Positions 39,378-49,618 of a stretch of 64,000 bases of DNA are shown in pieces (position 1 is the stretch's first letter; the number at the start of each line of letters is the position of its first letter). The notes beneath the pieces are model-generated. The model was not told the DNA's origin and searched no databases. It worked only from the letters and a program-made list of their open reading frames with translations. Made by a program: the position numbers and the translations under genes. Origin of the DNA: Clostridiales bacterium (GTDB lineage: Bacteria > Bacillota > Clostridia > Saccharofermentanales > Saccharofermentanaceae); assembly GCA_017513085.1 (NCBI GenBank), contig JAFWDK010000009.1, positions 64,001-128,000 of the forward strand. The letters run 5' to 3'.

Positions 39378-40925
39378 ATGTCAGGAACAACTATTGTGAT
39401 CCTGATTGCGATCGTCATCTATCTTTGTATGATGGTTGTGATCGGTGCGGTTTTCAGCAAGAAAAACAAGAACACGGACGATTTCTACCTTGGCGGCAGA
39501 AAGCTCGGACCAATCGTTACGGCAATGAGTGCCGAGGCGTCGGATATGAGCTCCTGGCTCCTGATGGGTCTTCCTGCAGTCGCCCTGATGACGGGTGTTG
39601 CGGAAGCGTTCTGGACAGCACTGGGACTTGCGGTCGGTACGTATCTGAACTGGCTTTTCGTAGCCAAACGCCTCCGTGTGTATACCAGCAAGATCGATGC
39701 AGTGACGCTTCCGGACTTTTTCGCAAAGCGTTTCGGAGACGACAAGCATATCATTACCTTGATTGCCGCACTCTTTATTGTGGTGTTCTTCATCCCGTAT
39801 ACTGCTTCTGGTTTTGCCGCCTGCGGCAAACTTTTCTCTTCGCTTTTTAATGTGCAGTATGAAGTGGCCATGATCCTTTCGGCCATCGTTATCGTAGTGT
39901 ATTGCACGCTCGGCGGATTCCTTGCCGCTTCCACGACAGACTTCATCCAGGCAATCATCATGACGATCGCACTCTTCGTTGTTGTCTTCGCCGGAGTCGG
40001 TGTCATGAACGGATTCGGCACTATCTTCGATAACGTCAGCAATTTCGACGGCTACATGGATGTATTTAAAGGCTATGACGTCGCGTCAAAGACGACGGGA
40101 AGCTATGGTGCGCTGCCGGTTGCTTCGACACTGGCCTGGGGTCTCGGTTACTTCGGAATGCCGCACATTCTCCTTCGTTTCATGGCCATCGAGGATAAGA
40201 AGAAACTGAAAACTTCGCGCCGTGTGGCTTCCGTCTGGGTTGTGATCTCTATGGGCGTTGCGATCCTGATCGGTATCATCGGCTACTCTCTCATGAAAGA
40301 AGCGATCGTTCCGACCTATGCCAATGCATCTGCTGCCGAAACGATCATTGTAGATGTGGCGAAGTGGATCGCTTCCCACGGATATGTTCCTGCCTTTATT
40401 GGCGGCGTGATCCTGGCCGGTATCCTCGCTTCCACCATGTCTACCGCGGACTCGCAGCTCCTTGCCGCGGCATCTTCCGTTTCCCAGAATCTTGTCCAGG
40501 AAACATTCAAGAAGAAGCTCTCCGAAAAGAAGGGCATGATCCTGGCGCGTGTCTGTGTATTTGTGATCTCCGTGATTGCGGTATTCCTGGCTCTCGACCC
40601 GAGCAGCTCCGTATTCCGTATCGTATCCTTCGCATGGGCAGGCTTCGGCGCCGTCTTCGGACCGATGGTGCTTTTCGGACTGTTCTGGAAGAGAATGACC
40701 AAGTGGGGTGCAATCGCCGGCATGATCACCGGTGGTGCCACGATCTTTATCTGGAAATTCGTCGTACGTGAAGTCTTCGCAGATACGATCCTGAATATCT
40801 ATGAGCTTTTGCCGGCATTCATCGTCGCCAGCATTTTCATTGTGATCATAAGTCTCGTTACAAAAGCACCGGATGAGAAGGTCACGAAAGCCTTTGATGA
40901 AGTGAAAGCAGAATGTAAGGGCTGA
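39378..40925 (+). CDS. putP: Sodium/proline symporter
   Basis: DFYLGGR, SAEASDMSSWLLMGLP, WGLGYFGMPH, MSTADSQLL, AWAGFGA. Confidence 0.93.
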   Translation: MSGTTIVILIAIVIYLCMMVVIGAVFSKKNKNTDDFYLGGRKLGPIVTAMSAEASDMSSWLLMGLPAVALMTGVAEAFWTALGLAVGTYLNWLFVAKRLRVYTSKIDAVTLPDFFAKRFGDDKHIITLIAALFIVVFFIPYTASGFAACGKLFSSLFNVQYEVAMILSAIVIVVYCTLGGFLAASTTDFIQAIIMTIALFVVVFAGVGVMNGFGTIFDNVSNFDGYMDVFKGYDVASKTTGSYGALPVASTLAWGLGYFGMPHILLRFMAIEDKKKLKTSRRVASVWVVISMGVAILIGIIGYSLMKEAIVPTYANASAAETIIVDVAKWIASHGYVPAFIGGVILAGILASTMSTADSQLLAAASSVSQNLVQETFKKKLSEKKGMILARVCVFVISVIAVFLALDPSSSVFRIVSFAWAGFGAVFGPMVLFGLFWKRMTKWGAIAGMITGGATIFIWKFVVREVFADTILNIYELLPAFIVASIFIVIISLVTKAPDEKVTKAFDEVKAECKG

Positions 40926-40939
40926 TCTTGAAAAAATAC

Positions 40940-40975
40940 CGGGACGGTTTCAGACGAAGCCGTCCCGTTTTTTTT
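40940..40975. terminator. Intrinsic terminator (bidirectional)
   Basis: CGGGACGGTTTC-AGAC-GAAGCCGTCCCG followed by a T-tract, with an A-tract upstream. Confidence 0.85.
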
Positions 40976-40980
40976 GTGTC

Positions 40981-42585
40981 TTAAGTCTCTTCGGAATCGG
41001 GGATTTCTTGCGCGAGCCGGAAATTCCCGGTCAGCGGGTCTCTGTATTTCATGTCAAAAAGCTCTTTGGCCGGTACTTGTTTGACAAAATCCGGTTTGCT
41101 TTTCGGGTTTTCTCTGAGATAGTAGTCCATCGTCAGCGCTTCTAAGATCTCTTCGCAGTCCAAAGTGGTCTTTTCGTTGGCAAAGGCAATGAGGATCTCG
41201 TACTTCTTGGAACGGGCCGGGGGAGCCACGAAATAGTTTTTCTCCACGTAATAATCGGCCAGTGCAGAAAAGAGATCGTACGGCGAGTCAAATGCCGAGA
41301 TCAGGTAAGGCAAAGCTTTGGTGAACTGGTTACTGTTATAGTAGATCTCTACCATTTCCGCGACTTGCTTCAGATGCTGCAGTTCTTCAAACTTGAGCCA
41401 TCGGGTGGCCAGCACTTCATAAGGCGCAGTATCGGAGTAGAGGATTCCGTACTTTTCGCAATCTTTTTCGATAGGAGACCCCTTCAGAACTTTCAGAAAG
41501 CCTAGCTGCAGCTGGGTCGGTTCCATGGCATACACGTCATTAAAGGAGTTGCGGAAACTGCGCAGCCCTTCGTAAGGAAGACCGGCGATCAGGTCAAGAT
41601 GAATATGCACATTATGCGCTTTGGTCAGTTCTTTGACCACTTCGGTAAGTTTGTGAAGTGAAAGGGACCGGTTCACAGCGATCAGAGCATCCTGATTAGT
41701 GGTCTGCACTCCGATTTCGAGCTGGATCAGACCGGGACGCATCTTCCGGAGAAGATCGATCTCATCTTTATCCATTAATTCTCCGGCAATCTCAAAATGG
41801 AAGTTTGTCTTGCCGTTATCGTGTTCGAGAATATAGTTCCAGATCGCTTTGGTACGATTCTTATCGGCATTGAACGTACGGTCGATGAACTTGACTTGCG
41901 GCACTTCCTGATCCAGGAAGAACTGAAGTTCCCGGAATACAAAAGGAAGACTCCGGAACCGGGTAGTCTTATCAAGTGAAGACAGGCAGTAACTGCAACG
42001 GAAAGGACATCCGCGGGAGGATTCATAGTAGACGATCCGGTTTTCAAAAGAAGACATGCCGTCTTCGTAAATAAACGGCAGAGCATCCATATCCACAAGT
42101 GAATGGTCGATCACTTCTTTGCGCTCACGAAGTGCCAGATTCGGAATGTCGGAAAAATCAGGTTCGATCTTTTCGTCGCCGGATCGGCTTTGGGCACTTA
42201 CATAAGATCCGATGATACGGGTAAAGGAGGTTTCGCCTTCGCCGACGATGATCCCTCGCACTTTCGGGCAAAGATCGAAATACTCTTCATAGTTATACGA
42301 AACTTCCGGCCCACCCAGCCAGATATCTGTATCCGGCAGGATCTTCGGTAATTCCCGCAAAAGTTTTTTCACTTCTTCGATATTCCAGATATAGGTCGAG
42401 ATGCCGATTGCATCCGGATGCTGGGAAAAGATGCCGGAAAGGATATGGTCAAAATGGTGGTTGATCGTGTATTCGGAAACACTCACGACGCCCGGATAGA
42501 CTCGATCGGCAAATCCCTGAAGAGAGTATACCGCCGGGTTAGAGTGGATGTATTTTGCATTTATGGCAACCAGTAGGAAATTCAT
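40981..42585 (-). CDS. B12-binding radical SAM protein
   Basis: N-terminal B12-binding fold (STYIWN, GGPEV), SRGCPFRCSYC, DRTFN, DLIAGLP. Confidence 0.9.
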   Translation of the reverse strand: MNFLLVAINAKYIHSNPAVYSLQGFADRVYPGVVSVSEYTINHHFDHILSGIFSQHPDAIGISTYIWNIEEVKKLLRELPKILPDTDIWLGGPEVSYNYEEYFDLCPKVRGIIVGEGETSFTRIIGSYVSAQSRSGDEKIEPDFSDIPNLALRERKEVIDHSLVDMDALPFIYEDGMSSFENRIVYYESSRGCPFRCSYCLSSLDKTTRFRSLPFVFRELQFFLDQEVPQVKFIDRTFNADKNRTKAIWNYILEHDNGKTNFHFEIAGELMDKDEIDLLRKMRPGLIQLEIGVQTTNQDALIAVNRSLSLHKLTEVVKELTKAHNVHIHLDLIAGLPYEGLRSFRNSFNDVYAMEPTQLQLGFLKVLKGSPIEKDCEKYGILYSDTAPYEVLATRWLKFEELQHLKQVAEMVEIYYNSNQFTKALPYLISAFDSPYDLFSALADYYVEKNYFVAPPARSKKYEILIAFANEKTTLDCEEILEALTMDYYLRENPKSKPDFVKQVPAKELFDMKYRDPLTGNFRLAQEIPDSEET

Positions 42586-42832
42586 AGTCTCACCTCCTGC
42601 TTAACATACTTCTATTATACGACGTACAGGCAACTGCGGATGAAGCGAAAAGTGAACATATCATAAATTCTACGGTAATTTTGCTATTTGCGCGTTTTAG
42701 GTGACGGCAGGAGGTAAGATTCATTGCTTTGAAACGCAAAAAAGTATGATACAATTAAAACGTGCTTGGGAAGGGGAAAAGTATTTGCCGTTGTCTTTTC
42801 GCACGAATACTTTTTGAGGGGGAGTATGAATC

Positions 42833-43636
42833 ATGCCTGATGTCAATGTTGCACCTGCATCTTTGAAGTGCAAGATCTGCGGTGGTGATCTCGTGAATCA
42901 TTATCTCACCGGTGCATGCGTATGTGCACATTGTGGCAACAAGTGGTCTTTGCAGGACCTCATCCCGGACTATGGAAAATATACCCGTGTTATCGACAAA
43001 ATGAATCAAGCCCAGGAACTCCTGAATGGGAAAGCGGATGTAGCGATAGCCGGTCAGGCTCAGCTCATGTTTAAGAGCGCTGCGCTTGAATGCTCGGCCC
43101 ACCCTGACGCCGTTTCTTCTGATCTGATGCGTATGTGCCAGGAAGGAGAGGAGCAGGCGGAGAAAGTGAAGCATTACGCCAAGGGCCAGATGTATATGGA
43201 GAAGAAGGTGTTCAGCAGAGCCCTTTCTGAATTGGAAAAGATCCCCGGATTTAGAGATACCGATGAGTTAATAGTAACGTGCAAAGAACAGGTTGTCATA
43301 GAGCGGAAAAAGCGTATCCCGTACGCTATCGTTGTATCCTTGATACTGCCGACGATCTTCTGCCTTTTTACGAAAGAGAAACTGGGGCTTCCGTTGACCA
43401 TTGGAATTCCATCGGCTTTGATCCTGGCTTTGGGGATCGCTTATGCGATCTATCTTAATGGAACTTTAGCTATCCTGTTACAGATACTCTCTTTCGCATC
43501 CGCCATACCTCTGACCATATTCCTTATATTGGCGTATGGTTTTCATATGGAAACGGGACCTGCCGCAACGACAGCTATCGTTGCACCTATAGCAGTAATA
43601 GTAGTTTTGGCTTTGAAGCCGGAAAGGAAGGAATAG
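42833..43636 (+). CDS. Zn-ribbon + helical (TPR-like) + C-terminal multi-TM protein
   Basis: CKICGG...CAHCG at the N-terminus; about four hydrophobic segments at the C-terminus; GGGAG RBS. Confidence 0.75.
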   Translation: MPDVNVAPASLKCKICGGDLVNHYLTGACVCAHCGNKWSLQDLIPDYGKYTRVIDKMNQAQELLNGKADVAIAGQAQLMFKSAALECSAHPDAVSSDLMRMCQEGEEQAEKVKHYAKGQMYMEKKVFSRALSELEKIPGFRDTDELIVTCKEQVVIERKKRIPYAIVVSLILPTIFCLFTKEKLGLPLTIGIPSALILALGIAYAIYLNGTLAILLQILSFASAIPLTIFLILAYGFHMETGPAATTAIVAPIAVIVVLALKPERKE

Positions 43637-43637
43637 T

Positions 43638-45038
43638 ATGGAAATAATCAGTGTCATTAAGTACGAAGGCAGTAATGAGGTATTTGCGTACAAACATCCG
43701 AAAGAAGACTTTACTATTGGTTCTCAGCTGGTCGTCCATGAATCCCAGGAAGCATTGTTCTTCCGTGACGGTAAAGCGATGGATCTCTTTACCGCAGGAC
43801 GGCACACTTTGACGACTTATAATATCCCGCTCCTTCGGGATCTGATGAAGCTCGGTACGGGTGGTGAGAATGTCTTCCATGCGGAAATTTACTTCATCAA
43901 CATGGTCACTCAGATGGGTATCAAGTGGGGGACCGACAGCAAGGTAAGATTATTCGATCCTGCGTCAGGTCTGCACATTGAACTCGGTGCGAGCGGAAGC
44001 TTCAACCTGAAAGTTGTGGATTCCAAGAAGTTGATCGTAAAACTGGTCGGTACTACCGACAGCCTGCTGCAGAGTGATATTACCGGTGGCGAGGGTGTTG
44101 CTTATGGTACAGGCAAGTTCAGAGCTCTTGTTATCAACAAAGTTAAGGCCAATCTTGCACGTGTGATCAAAGAGCAGAATATCGATATTCTTGAGATCGA
44201 TGCGTATCTGGATCTTATCTCCGAGCACATGAGAAATGTGATCAACGAGACATTCGAAGAATACGGTCTCTTTATGCCGGAGTTTTATGTTACCAGCATC
44301 ATGACACCGGACGATGATCCGAACTTCCAGCGCCTGAAGCAGCAGTTTGCCGACAAGACCTTGAAGGTCCGTGAAGAAGAAGTCAGACGTGCTGAGGCAG
44401 AAGCCGCGCAGGGAAGAAAGATCGTTGAGGCTCAGACAGCGGCCCAGTTGAAGATGGTCAATGCCCAGGGTGAAGCAGATGCTCTGCGCATCAAGGCACA
44501 GGCGGAAGCCGAAGCTTACATGATGCAGGCACAGGCGGAAGCTACGGAAATGAAGATGAAGGGCTACACTTACCAGGACGAGACGGCGAGAAAAGTCGGC
44601 ATGGAGGCCATGCAGAACGGTATTACCGGTGGCGGTTCAGGTGGTGGAAGCGGAATCGGAGATATTGCCGGATTGGGAGTTACGCTTGGCGCAATGGGCG
44701 GCGTGATCAATATGACCAGAGATGCGCTTAACCCGATCATGGGTGATTCCCAGAAGATGGGTCAGGGATTCGGAAATGTGGTTTCCGGAAATACCGGAAA
44801 TCCGGCAGCACAGCCGAATCCGACAGCTCCGGTAGTTCCTGCGGTCCCGGTTTCCCCGTTTGATCCTGCAGCCCCGGCCAATGCAGCTCCTGCAGCTCCT
44901 GCGGCTCCAGTGGCACCAGTAGCTCCAGCGGCTCCGGTAGCACCAGCAGCTCCGGCAGGCGTATGGAATTGCCCGAACTGCGGTAAGACAGGCATCGACT
45001 CTCGGTTCTGTCCGGATTGCGGAACACCGCATATTTGA
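43638..45038 (+). CDS. SPFH/band-7 domain protein (YdjI-like) with coiled coil and C-terminal Zn ribbon
   Basis: SQLVVHESQEALFFRDG, GRHTL, KWGT, EAEA/QAEA repeats, WNCPNCG...FCPDCG. Confidence 0.88.
   Translation: MEIISVIKYEGSNEVFAYKHPKEDFTIGSQLVVHESQEALFFRDGKAMDLFTAGRHTLTTYNIPLLRDLMKLGTGGENVFHAEIYFINMVTQMGIKWGTDSKVRLFDPASGLHIELGASGSFNLKVVDSKKLIVKLVGTTDSLLQSDITGGEGVAYGTGKFRALVINKVKANLARVIKEQNIDILEIDAYLDLISEHMRNVINETFEEYGLFMPEFYVTSIMTPDDDPNFQRLKQQFADKTLKVREEEVRRAEAEAAQGRKIVEAQTAAQLKMVNAQGEADALRIKAQAEAEAYMMQAQAEATEMKMKGYTYQDETARKVGMEAMQNGITGGGSGGGSGIGDIAGLGVTLGAMGGVINMTRDALNPIMGDSQKMGQGFGNVVSGNTGNPAAQPNPTAPVVPAVPVSPFDPAAPANAAPAAPAAPVAPVAPAAPVAPAAPAGVWNCPNCGKTGIDSRFCPDCGTPHI
44868..44957 (+). 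repeat. Degenerate 9-bp coding repeat (A/V-A-P)n, Pro/Ala linker
   Basis: GCAGCTCCT / GCGGCTCCA / GTAGCACCA units. Confidence 0.8.
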
Positions 45039-45060
45039 TCTGATAATAGAAAAGAAAACA

Positions 45061-45097
45061 AGGGGACTGCCATATATGATGGCAGTTCTCTTTTTTT
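45061..45097 (+). terminator. Terminator of the Zn-ribbon/SPFH operon
   Basis: GGGGACTGCCAT-ATATG-ATGGCAGTTCTC followed by T7. Confidence 0.85.
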
Positions 45098-45139
45098 GCG
45101 TGCATAGATTGACCTGCGTCTTTCACGCAAGCAAATACT

Positions 45140-45200
45140 AAGAGGCTGCCTCGTTTTGCAGCGCCCTTTCGGGGGTCGATGCATTATGAGACAACCTCTT
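45140..45200. repeat. Long imperfect hairpin (REP/MITE-like, or terminator of the SDR gene)
   Basis: AAGAGGCTGCCTCGT...ATGAGACAACCTCTT with an inner stem. Confidence 0.55.
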
Positions 45201-45254
45201 CCTTAATTATCAGATGGTTCCTTTAATTCCTTGGAAGCGAGACGAAAGGAAAGG

Positions 45255-46028
45255 TTACATTGCTGTGTAACCACCATCAACGGCGAGGTTTACACCTGTT
45301 ACGTAAGAAGAAGCCGGAGCTGCGAGGAAGATTGCGGCTGTATCCAGTTCGCCCTCTTCGCCATAGCGCTCTTCCGGAATCATGGTCTTCGCATTCTGCT
45401 GGAAGAAGTCACTGTTCAATGTGTCACGGGTAAGATCTGTGTAGAAGTAACCCGGGCAGATCGCATTGACTGTGATGTTGTACTTACCCCACTCTGCAGC
45501 CAGTGCACGTGTCATGTTGACGACACCGCCCTTTGCAGCGTGATAAGGAGCAGAACCGCAGATCTTGTTTCCAACCAGACCATACATGGAAGCGATGTTG
45601 ATGATACGACCATACTTTGCGCCGATCATGTACTTCTTCGCTACGGCTCTGGCTACGCGGAAAGAACCGAAGAGGTCGATGTTCATTTCATTCTGGAACT
45701 GCTCATCTGTAATATCTTCTGCAGGAGCAACGGCACCGGTTCCGGCGTTGTTGATCAGAATATCGATACGTCCGAACTTTTCAAGGACCTGATCGACCAT
45801 GGCATTTACAGCTGCTGTATCAGTGATGTCACAACGGATCGCAAGGGTATCTACGCCATATTCTTTCTCGACGCTGGATGTGAATTCATCGATCAATTCC
45901 TGACGACGTGCAACCGCCACAATGGAGCAACCCTGATTTGCCAGAGCACGGGCCATCTGTACGCCCAGACCTGTAGAGCAGCCTGTGATAATAGCAACTT
46001 GTCCTTTGAAATCAAAATAATTCTTCAT
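45255..46028 (-). CDS. SDR family oxidoreductase (gluconate 5-dehydrogenase-like)
   Basis: ITGCSTGLG, NNAG, YHAAK, VNAICPG, VDGG; AGGAG RBS. Confidence 0.92.
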   Translation of the reverse strand: MKNYFDFKGQVAIITGCSTGLGVQMARALANQGCSIVAVARRQELIDEFTSSVEKEYGVDTLAIRCDITDTAAVNAMVDQVLEKFGRIDILINNAGTGAVAPAEDITDEQFQNEMNIDLFGSFRVARAVAKKYMIGAKYGRIINIASMYGLVGNKICGSAPYHAAKGGVVNMTRALAAEWGKYNITVNAICPGYFYTDLTRDTLNSDFFQQNAKTMIPEERYGEEGELDTAAIFLAAPASSYVTGVNLAVDGGYTAM

Positions 46029-46266
46029 AATGTCGTTTTCTCCTGTCTTTTGTGTTTTTACCGTACAAGAGTATATCATTTCAGGCATTAAAAACGCTGT
46101 GCATTTTCATTCGTTATTTATACAAGAATAAAGTGTGCTATCCTATATTTACTAAACAACAAGACGACGAAAATCTTTATATGATTTTCGAATGAAAGAT
46201 ACACTGCTTTAAATGTTAGTATTTCAGTTGTGGTAAACGTGGAAAACGAAAGAGAGTAAAAGCGTC

Positions 46267-46749
46267 ATGATAAACAGATACGAAACGACATTATGTTACC
46301 TGTATGGCCCCGACGGTGTTTTGATGATGCACCGTACGAAGAAAGAGAAAGATATCAATAAAGACAAGTATATTGGTGTGGGTGGTCATATTGAACAAGG
46401 CGAATCTCCGGATGAATGCGTGATTCGGGAAGTGAAGGAAGAAACAGGATTGACGCTTTGTTCTTTTCGCCTTCGTGCCGTAATTACATTTGTGATCGAC
46501 GACATAGATGAAGTCACATTCCTATACACTAGCGATGATTATCAGGGCGAGATGAAGACCTGCAATGAGGGCGATCTGGTATGGGTGAAAGAGGAGAAGA
46601 TCGAAGAGTTACCGATCTGGCCGGGGGATAAGATCTTTTTCCGCCTGCTAAAAGAGCGTTCGGATGTCTTTTCATTGAAACTGCATTACATACACGATGA
46701 ACTGGTTTCTGCCGCGGTAGATGGAAAAACGATAGATTTTGTAGTATAA
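46267..46749 (+). CDS. NUDIX hydrolase (8-oxo-dGTP diphosphatase, MutX-like)
   Basis: GGHIEQGESPDECVIREVKEETGL Nudix box. Confidence 0.92.
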   Translation: MINRYETTLCYLYGPDGVLMMHRTKKEKDINKDKYIGVGGHIEQGESPDECVIREVKEETGLTLCSFRLRAVITFVIDDIDEVTFLYTSDDYQGEMKTCNEGDLVWVKEEKIEELPIWPGDKIFFRLLKERSDVFSLKLHYIHDELVSAAVDGKTIDFVV

Positions 46750-46800
46750 CTAATAAGTCTGCGACAAGGACGAATGATCGGGAAGTTGAGAAGAAGAGAC

Positions 46801-47841
46801 ATGGAAGAAAAGAAAGAGATAATTACAGCCAAAGGCGGGAAAAACGACCGCGAGCATGCAAGAAAGATGGCAGAACGCCGCCTTCGGCTTCATCGTATCC
46901 GCATATTGTCTTCCGTTATTGGTGTGATCTTACTGCTGGCAGCGATCTTCCTGGTTTTTGTAGCGCATTATGATTTCGGAAAAAAAGCATGGATCGTGAA
47001 ATGGGATCCGATCCACGGATATGCATATACCATGTATTCAAAACAGGAATACAGCCATGCACGCATTGTGATCACGGCATCGTCGAAGAAAAGCGAAGAT
47101 CTGACGATCCCGGATACGATCTGGGGCGTACGTGTGGAGGAACTGGCCGACAATAGCATTTCGGACAGTGTGAAGAATATAAAACTCGGAAAGTATGTCT
47201 ATCTGGTTGGAGAAGGTTTCTCCGACAGGACGATTTCTGCTTCGGATGGATATTCGGACACTTCAACATACCTTGCGATCAAGGATAAAGACGCAAGCGG
47301 TTTTTACTATAAACTCCAGAAGGACCAGACTCTTGTAGCATATGCCTATTTTGGCACACAGGAGGCTTATGTGGCGCCATCTACGGCATTCGGTTTCAAG
47401 GTTTCCCGGTGTACGCAATACTATGTGAACGACGACTATCTGGTATTACTGGCTGAAACATTCGCAACACATGAGAGTACAGTTCCATTCAATATGGTTA
47501 AGGTTAAGCAGATCCAGCAGAACGGAATCAACCCTTATATGCGCTATCTTACGAGCAAAGACAGTAAAGATAAGACAAGGAAGCGTATCTACGCTCTTCC
47601 TGAGAATTTTAATTTCCTTCCGGACGGTTCTCCGGCAGATGGAGAGACGGCGATCAAGATGGCATTCCTCCATAACGGAGACGGCAAGGGGAATAATACT
47701 GCACTGGTCATGGCCAAGTATTCGCCTCTGGATTTTATATCTGCGGTCGAGTATATCACGAAATACACAGACGATTGTCACGAACCGGACGAACTCAACT
47801 TTGGTGATTGGACCCGGGATGGCATGGATGTTATCAATTGA
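46801..47841 (+). CDS. Hypothetical membrane-anchored protein with degenerate BspA-LRR cap motifs
   Basis: Basic N-terminus, single TM, LTIPDTIWGVRVEEL motif. Confidence 0.7.
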   Translation: MEEKKEIITAKGGKNDREHARKMAERRLRLHRIRILSSVIGVILLLAAIFLVFVAHYDFGKKAWIVKWDPIHGYAYTMYSKQEYSHARIVITASSKKSEDLTIPDTIWGVRVEELADNSISDSVKNIKLGKYVYLVGEGFSDRTISASDGYSDTSTYLAIKDKDASGFYYKLQKDQTLVAYAYFGTQEAYVAPSTAFGFKVSRCTQYYVNDDYLVLLAETFATHESTVPFNMVKVKQIQQNGINPYMRYLTSKDSKDKTRKRIYALPENFNFLPDGSPADGETAIKMAFLHNGDGKGNNTALVMAKYSPLDFISAVEYITKYTDDCHEPDELNFGDWTRDGMDVIN

Positions 47842-47851
47842 TATGTGAACC

Positions 47852-48511
47852 TTAGCCGATACCGATCGAGGTAGTGGCTGTGGATATAGTATCTTCCGGC
47901 GGATCATCCGGATCGATGAATTCAAAGAGACTTCCGCCTACAACTTCGATAAGAATATATTTGTATCCTTTTTGATAAAAGATCACGCTGCCTTCGTTGA
48001 TGCCTTTGCTGGCAAGTTCTTCGGTAGGGATCTTAGAGTCATCGCGGGAGACGATCTTCGCACGGGATTCAAGATCTTCCCATTCCGGAGGAAGGCCGTA
48101 GATGATGGTCTTACCCTCCCAGGTATAAAGCTTTCCATTGAACATGACATACATTTCAGACTCGGTATATGGCTTTTCCATATCTTTGACACGGGTCAGG
48201 ATCCGGCAACTGACATAAGCGGCTATGCAGTAAGTGGACCATAGAAGCACGACAATGATGGAAAGTAACTGGATGGCGAACCATTTTTTGAAATAGGCAA
48301 TGGTCAGGATGATGATCAAGATCGCCCCGGCAATCGCGTAGCCATAGTAGATCTTATAGTACGGATCGTAGGATACCAGACCATTGACACCGACGATGTT
48401 TAATATGGAAAGACCTGCGATCAGAACGATTTCTATTATCGTCATGATCAGGATCGCTTTCTTTGTTTTGTTCTTTTCGCTCGAAATAGTTTTGTTTTCT
48501 GGTCTGGACAT
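47852..48511 (-). CDS. Hypothetical membrane protein (3 TM + soluble domain)
   Basis: 219-aa ORF, AGGAG RBS. Confidence 0.75.
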   Translation of the reverse strand: MSRPENKTISSEKNKTKKAILIMTIIEIVLIAGLSILNIVGVNGLVSYDPYYKIYYGYAIAGAILIIILTIAYFKKWFAIQLLSIIVVLLWSTYCIAAYVSCRILTRVKDMEKPYTESEMYVMFNGKLYTWEGKTIIYGLPPEWEDLESRAKIVSRDDSKIPTEELASKGINEGSVIFYQKGYKYILIEVVGGSLFEFIDPDDPPEDTISTATTSIGIG

Positions 48512-48639
48512 TTTTGCGGCTCCTAAAATATGTTACGGCAATGATTATAATCCAAAGCTTGAAAAAAGAAAAACAACTTTCATTTTTCCTTGTTTTCGAG
48601 TATAGTCAAAGTAGAAATCCATGACAGGAGGAGATGCAT

Positions 48640-48840
48640 ATGGCAGTATCATTGAACCCGGATGCGAAGATCGTGGAAACGATTCGTGAAGGCTTAAAGA
48701 AGAAGGGCGGCTATTGTCCGTGCCGGATGGAAGAAACAGAAGAGACGAAGTGCATGTGTAAGGAATTCCGTGACCAGATCGCAGATCCGGAATTTGAAGG
48801 ATTCTGTCACTGCATGCTTTACTATAAATCCAAAGATTGA
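48640..48840 (+). CDS. Ferredoxin:thioredoxin reductase catalytic-subunit-like protein
   Basis: GYCPCR, CMC and CHC motifs; AGGAGG RBS; adjacent to trxA. Confidence 0.85.
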   Translation: MAVSLNPDAKIVETIREGLKKKGGYCPCRMEETEETKCMCKEFRDQIADPEFEGFCHCMLYYKSKD

Positions 48841-48852
48841 AAGGAGAAGAAA

Positions 48853-49167
48853 ATGGCAGAGATTACATTAAACGCTGAGAATTTCCAGCAGGAAGTTATG
48901 GAATCCGATATCCCGGTCGTAGTCGATTTCTGGGCAACATGGTGCGGACCATGTCAGATGGTTGCTCCGATCCTTGAAGAGATTGCGGTGGAGAACGAAG
49001 GAAAGATCAAAGTCGGAAAGGTCAATGTTGATGAGAACCGTGACCTGGCTATGGAATACAAGATCTCCAGCATTCCAACCATGATCCTGTTTAAGAATGG
49101 TGAACCGGTAGATATGTCGTTGGGATACAAGACCAAGGATCAGCTTCTGAAGTTCCTTTTCGGCTGA
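48853..49167 (+). CDS. trxA: Thioredoxin
   Basis: DFWATWCGPC, SIPT. Confidence 0.96.
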   Translation: MAEITLNAENFQQEVMESDIPVVVDFWATWCGPCQMVAPILEEIAVENEGKIKVGKVNVDENRDLAMEYKISSIPTMILFKNGEPVDMSLGYKTKDQLLKFLFG

Positions 49168-49229
49168 AAGAAGCAGGGAAGACTTCTTCGGAAGAGCCTG
49201 ATCCCTGAAGATCTACAATAACTGCAAAA

Positions 49230-49259
49230 AAAGAGCCGCTACATATGTAGCGGCTCTTT
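49230..49259. terminator. Perfect 30-bp palindrome, bidirectional terminator
   Basis: AAAGAGCCGCTACAT|ATGTAGCGGCTCTTT between convergent genes. Confidence 0.8.
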
Positions 49260-49276
49260 CATGCCATCTTATACAC

Positions 49277-49618
49277 TCACACTACTGGAGTTTTCATCTT
49301 ATCATAAGCTTCTCTTGCGATTGCACGAACACTCGGATCAGAATCCGCAAATGCGAGTTTCTTGAGATATTCTTCGCAATGCTTAGCGTTAATGTTGCCG
49401 GCAGACTCAGCTGCAGCTGCACGTACCAACGGTGAAGGATCTCTAAAAAGGGGAATCAAATGCATACCTGATTCATAAGTACTAATCTGCCCCATTGCCT
49501 TCGCTACTGCTACACGGATCTCATCTTCGGGATCCTCAGCCATTTTCAACAGCGCGCCCAGATTCTGTTTCTTGCCAAGCTTCTCGATCTTTTCTGTCAG
49601 TCTATCAATTTTTGCCAT
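49277..49618 (-). CDS. HEAT-repeat protein
   Basis: Repeated DP...(I/V)R..A...(M/A)G units; AGGGG RBS. Confidence 0.85.
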   Translation of the reverse strand: MAKIDRLTEKIEKLGKKQNLGALLKMAEDPEDEIRVAVAKAMGQISTYESGMHLIPLFRDPSPLVRAAAAESAGNINAKHCEEYLKKLAFADSDPSVRAIAREAYDKMKTPVV

